A stretch of 64,000 nt of DNA, from assembly GCA_053919585.1 (NCBI GenBank), contig CM132786.1. One strand, written 5' to 3'. Of the stretch, positions 50,724 through 64,000 are shown in pieces. This DNA is from Euprymna scolopes (taxonomy: Eukaryota). The notes under the pieces are model-generated. The model ran no database searches and was not told the DNA's origin. It was given only the letters and a program-made list of their open reading frames with translations. The position numbers were made by a program, and so were the translations under genes. Numbering within the stretch: position 1 is the first letter of the stretch; every line of letters begins with the position of its first letter.

Positions 50724-52423
50724 TATCGAGGAATAAAATTTATTCTGGCAAATGTCGGCTGAACCATAAGGTTGTGCATAATTACAATTTGTTATATGTG
50801 CCTAGTACGAGATGCTTTTATTTCATATACACAGAAAATGTATCTTTCCCTTTTTATAGAAAAAAAAAAACTTGCGATTACAGAGAGAAAAGTCTCGGAG
50901 TTACTTTGGATAGAGTCGTGCAGCTTCATCACAAGTTCTGATGATCATGAAAATTCTATAACATTAAGTCAGTCTTTGTGAGACTAAACATAGTTTATAC
51001 GCATTGGCATTAAAAAAAAATTTTATACATCGAACAATAAAAATCAAAGGACTGAAGACAATCGATTCGCGTTTGATCTGTCTGATTCTATGATTGTCGA
51101 CACATGATTTGTCGTCATTAATTATGTTTCCAAAAGAAGTTATATTGGCAATGAATTAAAAGAAAGAAATGAAATAGAAACTCGTTTTATAATCGCTATT
51201 TTTCATTTTCTCGTTATTTTAGGAAAACTATTTGCAGTGCAATAAAATGTATAAATTTGAAGAGATTAAAATCTTGATCAGGAGAATATAAAAAAAAGGT
51301 GAACATCTGTTAAATAATCCAAATGGAACATCCAGAACAATCCGACTTTTTAGCCAATTAAACATGGCAAAAAGTATCCTGTCGACAAAGAACATGTGTT
51401 TTATGGCAAAGCAATTTTGAGTATGGTTAAATTCGCGCTAATTTTTACATTTAATACTAATTGCTTAATAATTGTGCATAAAATGGACATACTAAAACTA
51501 AGTTTGCTACGCCTTTTAAAGATCTCTACATAATTTCAGCCACATCGGCTCAGTATTTTCCAAGAAAAAAATAAAACAGGCTGGTTAACATATTGCAAGA
51601 AATATAATGCAGATGAAATATGAAAGAGAAAGAACCATACACGAATTGTGAGTAGTATTTGTTTATTTTCGTTCATGTTTTCTTTAATCGATAGGCCGTC
51701 CATTGTAAAAGCTGAATGCTACTCGTATTAATAAGATCATTGTCAGTTTTCGAGATTAAGAGTGTTATAAGATTATTGTTATTAATTAATGAAGTAAATA
51801 TAGTTCAACTATATGTTGCAACAATTCATGGAAAATCCTATGAGATACAATTTAAAGACGTTGCGATTAATCTCGGTTTGTGGAAATTCTGCATGACGCA
51901 AGGCGCACGTAAAATGCGAATTCTTTTCTGTTATATTTGGAATGAGTAATTGCTGAGAATGTCTTACAATGAAAAACCAAAGATTGGATCTCAGTCGGGA
52001 ATTATTGTAATCGTTTTCCATGTTTATATTTTAATTATGTATATTATGTGAACGCCTATACGTTTTAAATGTCAATCTTTGTAGGAATAATCGATTTCGA
52101 ATATAGTCGAATAACCGTTTGTTTTCATAGTTTTATTCGATAAACAATATATAAATACAATATTTAAAGTCAACAGAAAAAATATAATAATGCTATACAT
52201 GATATTTTAAAAATGCAGTTCATTGTGAACATGCGATTTTCAATAGTTCCACATATGTGTGTATCATGTTTGACGCATGAGGCCCATAATCCACCAAGTT
52301 TTACTCACATTTAAAGATGTGTGTCGTATGTGAGACGAGGCCAAAACTGTAGTTGTCTCATTGAAGGCAGTAATTGCAGTGAATGCAATCAGGAGATTCA
52401 GAGTTCCTATCCGTCGCGCTAAC

Positions 52424-52465
52424 CACCTGACGAAGGCCGGAAGAATAGTTGGGCGAAACGTCGTA
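52424..52465 (+). ncRNA. Hammerhead motif in a Penelope pLTR-like fragment (~52300-52560)
   Basis: cac CTGACGA a ggccgg-loop-tgggc GAAA cg TC gta. Downstream gtcc.caataaataaa.ttcataaataa is shared with the 23048 copy. Confidence 0.65.
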
Positions 52466-53168
52466 AAACAAATAATAAATGATGACACTTGTCCGCAATA
52501 AATAAAATTCATAAATAATACTCGTCTCAATGAATTCCAATTAACATAATATAAACTATTGACCTATTCGAAGAGGATTTGATAGGAATAACGCCTGAAA
52601 TATGTAGAATCTCAGTAAGATGGGAAGCGCGATCGAATATACATAAAATACTACATAAACAATGTTTACACTTAACAATTCATTTTATCTATTAAAAATA
52701 TCCGTACGTTATCGAAATAAAATCTAACCTAAACAAACATTTTAGTATCCGAGTGCGAACTGTTAATATAGAAATCCTGAGTTAGATGTTATCAAAATCA
52801 GGTAATGTAAAAACTGTATGGTCATTTTTTGGGAAAATAATATGTTCCCCATTGGTGGTGGTAGTGGTGGTCACCATTCACTTGCTGCTTCGTGAAGCAA
52901 AATACAAGCTCGGTTTTTAATGTGGTGACAATACAGCACACACATAAAGGGGCCATGTAAATGGGACAAAATAATAAAGTGTTTTAGTGTTGAAAGGTTC
53001 ACTGCCCTAATATAGAACATAAAATAGAGTATCAGAGCAGGTACTACACATTGATCTCAGAAAAATATTTAAATAGTGTCATTATCTAGATTTTCTCCTA
53101 AAAACTTGTCTATTACGAGTTAAACAACTAAAATAAATAGCATTTAAAACCTAATATCGAAATGAATC

Positions 53169-53207
<39 letters not shown>

Positions 53208-53221
53208 GCACTGTATATACA

Positions 53222-53690
53222 CTAGTAAAAATACCCGCACTGCACGCTGAACTTTGCTGTATGCTTAGCTACCAGATTCGCGTGCACCCTTGCAGTAAAT
53301 GTGTGTTGTAAAATCAACTATTGATCAACTATGGGCTTTAAAGTAAATATGTTATGTGTACAGTTATATTTTTACCCATAAAAATTGAACCAATTACAAA
53401 GAATCACAATGGATAACATATCTATAGTATCAATTACTCATTTTTGATAAAAAAATATAGCAAATATTCCCCATTGAGCACCATTCTTAGGCGAGGGAGT
53501 TTATGAAAGGCCGCACCAGATATGACCTTAAACTTTGACCTTTACTTTGAAAAATATTGTGCACCATCCTTATTGGTGTATTACCATCATGACAAGTTTG
53601 CTCTGATTGTTTCAATGGTGTGAACTATAGGAGAGATACACACACACACACACACGAGCGGTGAATGATTACCGAATTTTCCATTATATA
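53222..53690 (-). mobile_element. Helitron-like element
   Basis: CTAG + acccgcactgcacgc end next to (TA)n, a TGACCTT-repeat body and a CA-repeat near the other end. Confidence 0.45.
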
Positions 53691-53711
53691 AACTTAGTTT
53701 AATTCGGAATA

Positions 53712-53755
<44 letters not shown>

Positions 53756-53861
53756 TCTGTTTATATTATAATAAATAGGCTATATACTAGCTCTGCCCTC
53801 CATAAAGCACTTTAATAATCACACGCGTTCCATTGGATTTACCTTTATGAAACCATTTCAT

Positions 53862-53916
<55 letters not shown>

Positions 53917-54428
53917 ACATCCCTGGTTAGATGTTCTCTATAGATAAAGAATCTTTATGGAATCTAAAAGTGTATACTCATATTTAATTTACTGTGAAAT
54001 ACAATTTACTTAAAATAAATCCGATTCATATGAAATAATTTCTATAAAGCTTTGTGCTGAAGATCAAAAACGTGGCTCCGTATATATAAGTGTACTTCTG
54101 TCCGTTTAGAGCACCGAAGGAGTCTATCCTTTTTAAAACTTTAAAGTAAAACGAACGAAGATTGATATGACATGTGTAAATTCATACAATCGTATGTTAC
54201 CCTATATGTGCCAAATAGACATTCCTCCCACATCCAAGTAAGCAATGGAAGAGGAAACTCGCCTGAAAACTTTAAATACATACAAACACATTGTGTATAT
54301 ATATATATATATATATTTAAATAAGGGAGTAGTCACCAACAATGTATTTTTTAGCATTATTTTATTATTCCGTGTCTTGGTTTTACATTGAGAATTATGT
54401 TTGGATCATTGTAATAATGTTTTTAAGT

Positions 54429-54496
54429 CATTGAAATCGTTTACGCGCGTTTCAGACGGTCTGTGATGCGTCCTCGTCAGAAATTATTTTCAAATG
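54429..54496 (-). ncRNA. Type I hammerhead motif within a ~300-bp insert (54317-54615) flanked by (TA)n on both sides
   Basis: Minus strand: ttt CTGACGA ggacg catcacagac cgtct GAAA cgcgcg TA aac, with extended stem I (catttgaaa / tttcaatg). Confidence 0.75.
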
Positions 54497-54611
54497 TGTA
54501 AAAATGGCGATTTTCGTAGTTAGTTTGAAGTTTTTCCAAGGGGTGGAGGCTTGTAAGTGTTTATTATACATTGGTATGCTGAGTTTTTATTGCTTTTTAT
54601 TTGGTTTGTCC

Positions 54612-54657
<46 letters not shown>

Positions 54658-54823
54658 TAATACATGATTATATTTAATTTAAAGCAAAATAGCCCAGACA
54701 ATAATGCATGAAGGTCTCCAACATTTCAACTTATTTTTATTATATGAGGCGAAACGAAAAAAGGACGCAGTAAACAAATAAAACAATATAGTGCTATGCA
54801 AATTAAGAAAGCATTATTAGTGC

Positions 54824-55468
54824 CTATCAGCATGACCCGAAGTTGCCCGGGATTGTATCATAAGCACGAACGTTTCACACTCCCAATTTTATTTTTCATC
54901 GAAATCGAAAATCATCCATTTTTCAATAAAATCGATTGATTGCTTGCTCTAGTTAGGGACCTATCGCTGCGCATAGGAGGACGCTTCACATGGCTTCCCA
55001 CAGGGAGTTTGTCCACGATACATTCTAAAGAACCTATTATCGATTTTATAAAATTATTTTTATATAGAATTATTGAATTAAAGGTTTTACATACACAAAT
55101 CAACTTCAATTGTGCTCTAAATAAAACGCTCATTTCGAACGCACTCCTGTTATATCAAAGAATCTAGTGTTGATTTTATCTGTTGAACCTTTTGGCTTGT
55201 GTCTTAAAATTTCTCAAATGAACTTGTGATTTTAGGCTGTGTAAAGTGTTATTTTGATCAAAATCAAATGCTCCTTGTTCCATCGGATTATTCCAATTAT
55301 CGATACTCATCTATGATATTCCAATATAAATCCTCTCTAAGAACACTGCCAGTCACATAAGGGACTATTATGTGAAATTTCATAAAAAAGCATCCCAGCT
55401 CTCTTTGAATCCATAGCAAACTTTCTCACACAGATAACGTTCATTTTATATAAGAGTAAATATAAAGA
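54824..55468 (-). mobile_element. Helitron-like element, family B
   Basis: Hairpin cccgaagttgcccggg near the 3' end. Homologous to 20280-21003, 27806-28425 and ~60560-60670. Confidence 0.6.
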
Positions 55469-55956
55469 TTATTATTCTGTACCAAGCATCTTGCTAGTTG
55501 TTTATATATTAAGAGCTCTTATGAGAAACACGTTAAGATCCATCCAATTGTAATCCAAACTAGCAAACTTCTAGTGTAGCTATGGTATTGCTCATCTAAT
55601 TAGACTAACACGAAGAAAAAATAATGAATTTGATATTCAAAATTCGCATTTCATCAAAAAAAAAAAAAAAAAAAAAAAAAAGAAAAAAGGTGATCCCTAA
55701 CTTAGACATGATATTCTAAAATTGGATGATGAGGCTGCCACGTCCAACACTTGGGAATCTGCAGATATGTCAAACATGCCAGGATTCGATATATCTTAAG
55801 AAAAGCGGGGATTAATTCAGACAGAGTGGAGTCATAAAATACGTGGTGAAATGCATGTGACAATAAGAGCTGTTGATTTTGTTTACTGTATATTATGAAA
55901 TCTTTAAAAACATACTTGACATGAATCATAAATACGTTTCCGAAAATAAGATAAAA

Positions 55957-56290
55957 CGTAAAATACAATATAAGGAATTGAAGTTGGGGAAAACATTCTT
56001 TTTCTGTGTAATTCATTATACGTGGAAAAGACAAGTTAGCCATAAAAATATACACTTACATATATAAATACATCTACACATATATAGACTACGCGCACAA
56101 AGATCCACACATATTTATACACCTAAATACATTTGCGAAAATAAAATATACCGTAAAATACAATATGAGGAATTGAATTTAGGAAAACATTCTTCTTTTG
56201 CTGTGTAATTCATTACACGTGGAAAATACAAGTTAGCCTTAAAACTACAAATACAGTTACATATATAATTGCATCTACACATATATACAT
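55957..56290. repeat. Diverged tandem duplication (~195-bp period)
   Basis: cgtaaaatacaatat.aggaattgaa...ctgtgtaattcatta.acgtggaaaa.acaagttagcc at 55957 and 56152. Confidence 0.85.
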
Positions 56291-58794
56291 ATACACATAT
56301 ACAAACAGTAGTAAACGTTTATGTCATATGTATTGATGAACTAATCTGCTCAATTATGACCACAATGGTTTTTGTTAAAATATTATTTTGCTATGAAAAC
56401 TAATGTATGATCAACATGTAAAACAATACTTCTATTTTTGTTATTTTGATTTTAATTTCGATTAAAAAAAATATTGTTCTTATACATCGCTGACATGTTT
56501 ACACATTCTATTGATAAAAGACGATGAAAGTAGCTCCTACATTTTCAAGACCAATATACACGAAACGTTAAAATACAGGTTACACTCAAAGTGTTTTACG
56601 GTGTTGTCTAAATTCCATATGTTCTAATGCTTACATCTCCGGGTTTCAAATACAGGTTTTGGGATTCGAATAACATTATTTACAAAAACAAAACAAGAAA
56701 TATACTACCGTGGTAAGTAGATTACATCATAATATAATCTTGTAATGGATATTTATTTGAGGAATATAGTACGAATTTAATTGTCTAACTAAAAGTAAGA
56801 TTAGTTCTAATACATAGCACTGCATCCACATTCTGGAAGAAAAGTTTTGAACACGGTTTCTTACCTATAGGTTAGAAAATTGTTTTTTGCAATGCAGTTT
56901 CCCTCAACAATCTTCATCTCATTTATAGTTTGTATCTAATGTATACTCTTGTGCACAAAGTGTACCGGTCTCGAAGATTGCGATTTGACAGAATTAAATA
57001 ACAATAACCTGTCACCCTACCACGACTGCAAATAACGTAATTTTTTCCTCCATGTACCCAATATTATTCGAAAGTTTCCTGAATGGACTGATTTACAAAT
57101 AACTTTATCTGTGAAACATTACTCGAAGATTTTAATCATCAGCCTATATAACCCCAATGTCAACAAAATATCCCCATAGACATCAGATTTTGTTAATTCA
57201 AGCAATAATTTAAATTCTGTCGTAATATCCTTTACCATTCAACTGGCAAACTGCCTCATAAACCAGTATATTTATGACGCTTATAATCTTGATATGGCCT
57301 GACTCGTTAATAAATAAACAAATATTCCGGTCATCTAACAAACATTGTTATACGGAGATCAAATCGCTCCTAAAACTTAAATGAAATTTTTATCGAGTAT
57401 AATATATTGAAAAGAGACTTCACATGTAAGATTTTTCAGCGCATTAAATAAACTGATACTGCATTAATTAGTCTACACATTGTATGGTGATATTTATATA
57501 ATTTAAAATATTCGATTAGTCATATATGTGCATATCTGAATAATATAATTATCCATAATGCTGATGGTATATTATTATATATATGATCCAGTTAATGATT
57601 TTGTACTATAACGCATACTAGCAGGACTCTAGAAAATTGCACGGTTTTATCCTTAGGTAAAATAGTTTTAGAATATATGTGGTTATGCAAGTCTATCTCC
57701 AAAAACTTTGGCAAGGTCTTTTACATTTAATTCTAATCGGAGTCCAGGGTGAACATAAATCCAACCATATTATTGCCTCATCTTTTGATAGAGCAGATGG
57801 TATGGCTTTGGTTCTAGTATAACCCCCGGTAGAGAGTATTTTAGAAAGAAATACTTACCTGACAATAGTAAAATCAGAGTAACGGTGGCTGTTGTTAACG
57901 ATAGGAACTGACAACCTGGGGTGTTCAAAGGTCTAATATACTTCGTTAAACAAGAATACTTTAATTTATGAATATTAGCAAAGTTCACCTGGCCCCTTTT
58001 AAAAGTACTTTATTGCTTTCAGGAAAGTATTTAAACCCGAAAGATATAAGCGAAACGAATATCAACCACAATTTCAATATATGGAACGAGGACAAAAGAA
58101 TTGATAGGGATGCAGGTGGAGGGTCAACCGACTCAAGGAGACAGCACACACGCTAAAAAATACTAAGCAGGTCAAGCCTAGAGATTAGTTGCATTTAGGA
58201 GCCTCTAATTATGGGAAAACAAACATTGTACATCTAAAAAGTTTAGCGATAAAAGGGAGATTACCTTATGTCGATCTATATTAGAGCTGCCCACACTTTG
58301 TACACTAATTTGTTCACAAAAACGAAACAACCAAAACACAGAGACAAACTCAAAGAAGACCAAACTATGTACGGTACTAGTAACTTTTCTTTTCCAGACA
58401 ACAACCAAAATGTCTGAACCGACCGAAAAAAACGCTCAAGATGTTAACATGTTCAATCAATACAGGTAATATAAACACTCAGCCTTTATCTAAAAAGTTT
58501 AGAACTTTAATCGGAACATATGAGGATTATCTCTTCCATCTTTCACCAATAATTTCTTTAATCAATAGCTGAAATATCAACGGATTTAGAAATAAAATCA
58601 CCCAAGTTAACATTATAGACAGCCTTAAACCAAATGAATCGTAAGAATTACAAATTAGAATTCATGCACACATTAGTCAAAATTAGGATTGCATTTACGA
58701 ATGGTCAAAATAATCAAGAGATGTATTCACGATTTTCTCCACACATTTGTGCCGCATGTGTATATAAAATAGAAATGGTATCTACAATATAAGG

Positions 58795-59137
58795 TTGGTT
58801 GGTTGGTTGGTTTTGTTTTACGGCATATCAACCCTTTTTGGGTTATTTAATGCCGAATCTAAAGATTTAAGAACATTTTTTTAATGGAATATATTTGTTG
58901 TTTTCAAGTCTGTTTCTATTCAAACCATAGTTGGAACCCTAACAGGTACTACCACTCTAGGTCAGAGTGGACCTGGGAGCAATGGTAATTAAAGGGTGGC
59001 TCCACACTCCCCAATGCCCACAAGCTGGGGCCTCACTACTGGATATAGTTTAAGGTCATATCCAGGACCCCCATTGGGGGGCTTTTATCCTCTGCAGGGG
59101 GACAGTCGGTGTATTCTAATGCCCCACCGACAGGGCC
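58795..59137 (-). mobile_element. SINE-like retroelement, copy 3 (full length)
   Basis: (GGTT)n tail and a degenerate 13-bp TSD ctacaatataagg / ctagaatatgagg. Confidence 0.9.
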
Positions 59138-60265
59138 CTAGAATATGAGGAGTTTCATACAAAAAGGTACGTTTAAATAAAGAATTATAATAAATGCTAG
59201 TATCTGAGGAAAAAAACAGTATTGAGAAAAAAAGCGGCACACTGAAAATGGAATTGAAAATGGGCAATGAGGTATCGCATTATCAAACTGCGTAAATATT
59301 ATTATACACGACATATATTAAGAAAACCTAGAAATCAGTACTTATGTAAACAAAAGAATCGATGTGCTTATACCTGTCTTTGATACGATAATGCTTTATA
59401 TAAGTACATTCTAGAGAAAGTGGTAATAATTATAGTAATATCAGAAAATCGCTATTTCACGCATGTAAGTAGTGAAACGATCCAAAAATCTATCCTTCTT
59501 TCGATTCTTAAAAATCCTTAAACATTTACCTATAAAGTTGTTGTTTTTTTTTTCGGATTACAAAAAGGAAAAAAAAAGGAAAAATACACTTGTACGAAAA
59601 TATATAGATTTAAGTTTTTTCCGATAATTTACAATCAATAAATCTATGTATTAATATGCTTGTCCGTACGGTGTCACGTCATCATCATCGCAAACATTAA
59701 TTAATGAAACGCGTCATCATCATCGCAAACATTAATTAATGTGAATTACCTCCCTTTATTGTTCAATCTTTATTAGTTAAAAATCATTAAACCCTTTTAT
59801 TTCCCAAAACCTCCCGAAAAAAAAAAAAATAAATAAAAAAAAAAAAAAAAAAAAATTATATATATAGTCATCCACGAACAAAGAGCGAAACATGTGTGCG
59901 TAAATAACTATGTAATCTATAACTATACGTTTTTAGATTGGGGAAGGGTTATTTTTGTAAGGGACTTAACTCATTCTCACTCATCAAAGGGGATCGGCCT
60001 CGTCAAAAACAATAATTGTAGCTGTCTACACATGTATATGTATATACATATACCATATATAAATGTACTTATGCGTGTATGCATAACTTTATTTTAAGGG
60101 TATAAGCTTTTAACACTAATCTCATATTTATGAAACTTTGTTATTATTTAAAACAAAAACAACCCCCTTAATGAAGAGCATATAATTTGGAAATCTCATT
60201 TCTTTAAAATAAAATATAAAAACATTTGGTTCTTATGTTAATTAAATGCTAAAGGTTTCAAAGTG

Positions 60266-60336
<71 letters not shown>

Positions 60337-60531
60337 TATTTATATATACAAGTCTATACAGTTATGGTTGTTGTTTAAGACTATAATGACGGCATAAGCT
60401 GATCTACTTCGATGAATAAGTGAGTTAAATCCTTTACATAAATAACTTCGTCCAATTTAGGGGCGTATGTAGTTATACATTATCTAATTACTGTGCAAAT
60501 GTTTCGCTATAAATATATGCACAGACACACA

Positions 60532-60563
<32 letters not shown>

Positions 60564-60909
60564 GCATTAAGATACCCCCATACTTTTCTCATCGAACTGA
60601 GTTAAATCGAAAATTATTTAAGCAAATCGATTGATTGCCTGCTCTCGTTAGGACCCCCCCCCCCACGGGGTACCGGGAGGAATCTTCACATGCATACCTG
60701 CAGTCCATAAAACATTGTAGTCTTCATTGCAATGTAAGGAGTCTGTTAATTTTCTAAAATTATCAGTCAGTAATGGCTTCATTTTTAAATTGCATCTGAT
60801 TGTCGAATATTGATATCCGATGCATTCAAATACAAAATATACCTAAGAACATAATCAAATATACCCAGTACCTTCGTACGAAAAAGAAATGCCTAGTTGT
60901 TTCCGAATT

Positions 60910-61189
60910 NNNNNNNNNNNNNNNNNNNNNNNNNNNNNNNNNNNNNNNNNNNNNNNNNNNNNNNNNNNNNNNNNNNNNNNNNNNNNNNNNNNNNNNNNNN
61001 NNNNNNNNNNNNNNNNNNNNNNNNNNNNNNNNNNNNNNNNNNNNNNNNNNNNNNNNNNNNNNNNNNNNNNNNNNNNNNNNNNNNNNNNNNNNNNNNNNNN
61101 NNNNNNNNNNNNNNNNNNNNNNNNNNNNNNNNNNNNNNNNNNNNNNNNNNNNNNNNNNNNNNNNNNNNNNNNNNNNNNNNNNNNNNNNN
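60910..61189. other. Assembly gap (280 N)
   Basis: Run of n. Confidence 1.
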
Positions 61190-61669
61190 TATGCAGAAAA
61201 ACATTATCGTTTATTATTAATGTTTTAAATTATTATATTACTCCGTAACTAGACGCCGACAATCTTCACCGTATTTCTCGTTTGATCATATTGTAGTCGT
61301 TTTTTTAGTCGAAGTCGTACATCTGAATTGCTTCTACTTTGTCATTATATTATTGATTTTTTGTTAACAACCTCAGGGTCAAATGTTAGCTTACTATAAT
61401 AGGGTGAGTGACAGCAGACTTAACCTATATCGCCGGCTTTTATTCATCAAGTTCACTTTAACTAGGATCATGAAATGGCTAAGCAAACATCAGTTTTTAA
61501 GGTCATTGTGTTAATTCTTATTGATCTATACTTCGATCCAAGAATGTAAGTAGGACTGACACGAAAGATATTTTGCTTTACATGTATATTTTTGTCAGTG
61601 GGGAACAGAGAAAAACAAACAAAATGTGAGAAAAAAAATTTAGAGAAATAGAGAAAAATAGAATAAAAA

Positions 61670-62520
61670 AATATTTGTGTTCGGATCTAAATATTATTTG
61701 AAGTTTTCCGACTTCTGTTTTCATCTCAAGTGTTATATGTACAACGTTTCGCTCTATGTAACCTCTGACCATCCTCAAGTGTATTTTGTCGAACTCGGGA
61801 GTCATTCACCTCAAAACTCCGGAATCCGCACTTAATTTTGAACCAAACTATAAAATAGACAAACCAAATGGAGTGTCCCTCTATATTCAAAAAGCAACTT
61901 TGTCATCTTCGCTAGTAGCGTGTACAATAGAGAAAGGGTTGGCATCTGGAAGTGTTCTTATGTGTAAAGATAGATTTAATATTACGCTGACGTGTCGGGG
62001 GAGAAAAAAGTTCTTTATGCACTTGTTGTAGGAAGTAGCTGTAGGGTTGAAGGACGCCGGACAAAGCAGAAAGAAAGATTTGTCTTCTAAGGGTTTACGT
62101 GTTGGAGTGGGTACTAGTAGTGTGTTGGTGTATCGACGAAAACCAGTTCTGTAGCATGATAAAGATAGTTCGTATGGGTACCGCACGTGGAAACAAGTAG
62201 ATGTTTGAAGATCGCCAATTTGGCTTGTTATACTCACGTTGGCCTGGAGCCAAAGGCCCCGGCGAATGTCTACTTCCCCCAGAAGCCAGGGGGAAAAAGG
62301 AGGAATAGTATCCGATTTCACCACGGAGACGGTGGATTAAAATCTTGAGCCGCGAGAGTTCGTCCCTGCCTGCGATTGTTGCAAGTTTCGACTGCTACCA
62401 AACACTTTAGTCAATGGGAGTAGCATAGTCTCGTTCTGTAAGCCATAGTCTGAAGTATTCCTAAATAATTCGCAACTGTATTTTGCCTGCATTGAGAATT
62501 GAAACGCCTCCCCGAGAAAA
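61670..62520 (-). mobile_element. Degraded I/Nimb-type LINE fragment (RT to RNase H junction)
   Basis: IPPFSPWLL followed later by SIVHATSEDDKVAF and IIFRSE resembles PPWLL...IYTDGSK.D.KVA...IIFSDS. Confidence 0.4.
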
Positions 62521-63124
62521 GTAATTTTCAACTGAATTTCACAACATATTTTAACTACGTAAAGGGTCCTTACAAACTTATGAATAAAGCGTTAAAAATA
62601 TATTGAAATGCATATTAAAATTTAGTTTAACTCGTATAATAGCGACATGTCAGTTTTAAATACATTACGGTGTGCTCATGTCCCGAGAAAGCATTGGTAC
62701 AACGTAGCAGGTGCTTGCGTGATCAGGATTTTACAAAGCTAAACGCGATTTTGCAATAAGAAATTGACTCATTCTAAACTGGTTTTAATCATGTATGAAC
62801 AAAGTCCATAATGAGTCGAAGTAATCTATACACCTATGAAGTTGAGCTTTTGTCACGCTCTGGTGTCAATAATAAAAACTTCCTTTTTCCTCTTTAAAAA
62901 TTACAAAAACTGCTTAATATACTCAGTTATGAGTACGCGTGCAACTACATGAAGTTCAACTATCTTGAATATTCCTTTGAAAAACGGTAATTGATTACTT
63001 ATTCAATTTTATGATTTGGTATTAGATTATTGGTTTCATTTTACGATTAAGCTGAATTATATTTATGCATAGTTCCTACATTTTTCATAATTGCGAAGAA
63101 TTTAACACGATTACGTTCGAGTGC

Positions 63125-63184
<60 letters not shown>

Positions 63185-63189
63185 CACGC

Positions 63190-63997
63190 TCACACATGGG
63201 AGAAACATTGTTGATGCGTATGCGAAAAGATCACTGAACTTCTATCTGAATATGTGGTCTACAGCGTTGAAATGTAATTTATAGGGTATTTAGCCTTGAT
63301 GCACACATTACTTTTTAGTATGTAAAATAACTGCTAAGGTTACAAAATTGAAAATAAACGGCTGACCTTGGTAGAGGTTAATCGACTATTTTCTGAGCAT
63401 TCGTATATATTCGATTTTAGCTTGAAATCGCTTAATTTGTTACTGTTTTTTTTACCCATCTAGCGATAACGCAGACGGTATCGACGAGAGCTGAATTGCT
63501 AATAACGATTACGGTTGGGACGCTAAATGTTTCAGTTTCGATTCCAGCTGATGGAACTGAAGTATTCTTTTATAACTTTAGAAATCATTGCTATATATTT
63601 GGTAAAACGTAATCGATAGAGAAGTTCCCCTATAATACGAAATCTGCATAAACTATATATTTGAAGTATTATTATTCGTCGGACTACTGTTCTCATCTCG
63701 AGTGTGATTTTCCCAACGTGTCAGTCGATATAACCTCCGACCTTCTTTAGGTCTATATTGTTGAACTCGGGAATGTTTCATACCAATACATAACTTTCTT
63801 GGGTGAGACATTTTTCGATTTTAAGAAAAAGTTAAATATCAACGCTTCATTTTTTTTTAAAGGGGGAGGGTAATGATCGAAATTATTCAGAAAGAGGATT
63901 ATATCATATTTGAATTTCCCGCTTCCGACAAAATTCAGAAACGTCACATCATATTTTAACATCTATTATCAACGGACAACAAGGGACGGACTGCTAG
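63190..63997 (+). mobile_element. Helitron-like element
   Basis: Follows (TA)n and ends cggacaacaagggacggactgCTAGT. ccatct.gc.at..g..aga.gg is shared with 17783. Confidence 0.4.
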
Positions 63998-64000
63998 TAT

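Noticed and set aside
50934-50962. CTGATGA tcat GAAA motif
   Set aside because: No stem II. Expected by chance in AT-rich DNA.
60800-61248. ORFs spanning X residues
   Set aside because: Artefacts of the N gap.

Overview
AT-rich, repeat-saturated animal genomic DNA, intergenic or inside a large intron. The repeat families resemble those I recall from cephalopod/mollusc genomes, but this is unverified. I found no intact host protein-coding gene: the listed ORFs are chance ORFs, microsatellite/low-complexity translations or transposon remnants. The window holds: a full-length but inactivated mariner (31241-32497); a second internally deleted mariner; Tc1 and probable hAT remnants; an 80-bp mariner MITE; a Ty3/Gypsy integrase remnant; CR1/Jockey-type and I/Nimb-type LINE remnants; a Penelope GIY-YIG fragment; more than ten non-autonomous Helitron/Helentron (HINE) copies; three copies of a TSD-flanked SINE-like element; many (TA)n tracts; and a 280-N gap. 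The most interesting signal is RNA structure carried by mobile elements. (i) About eight type-I hammerhead ribozyme motifs, most in Penelope pseudo-LTR or retrozyme-like units. (ii) A tRNA-Ala-headed element fused to a Schistosoma Sm-alpha-like hammerhead. (iii) A HINE carrying tandem U2 snRNA 5' fragments. (iv) A 5S rRNA-headed SINE3 candidate. (v) A recent 127-bp locally templated insertion that splits an old LINE. All protein-family and RNA-family assignments come from manual translation or folding compared with remembered consensus motifs, and no database search was run.
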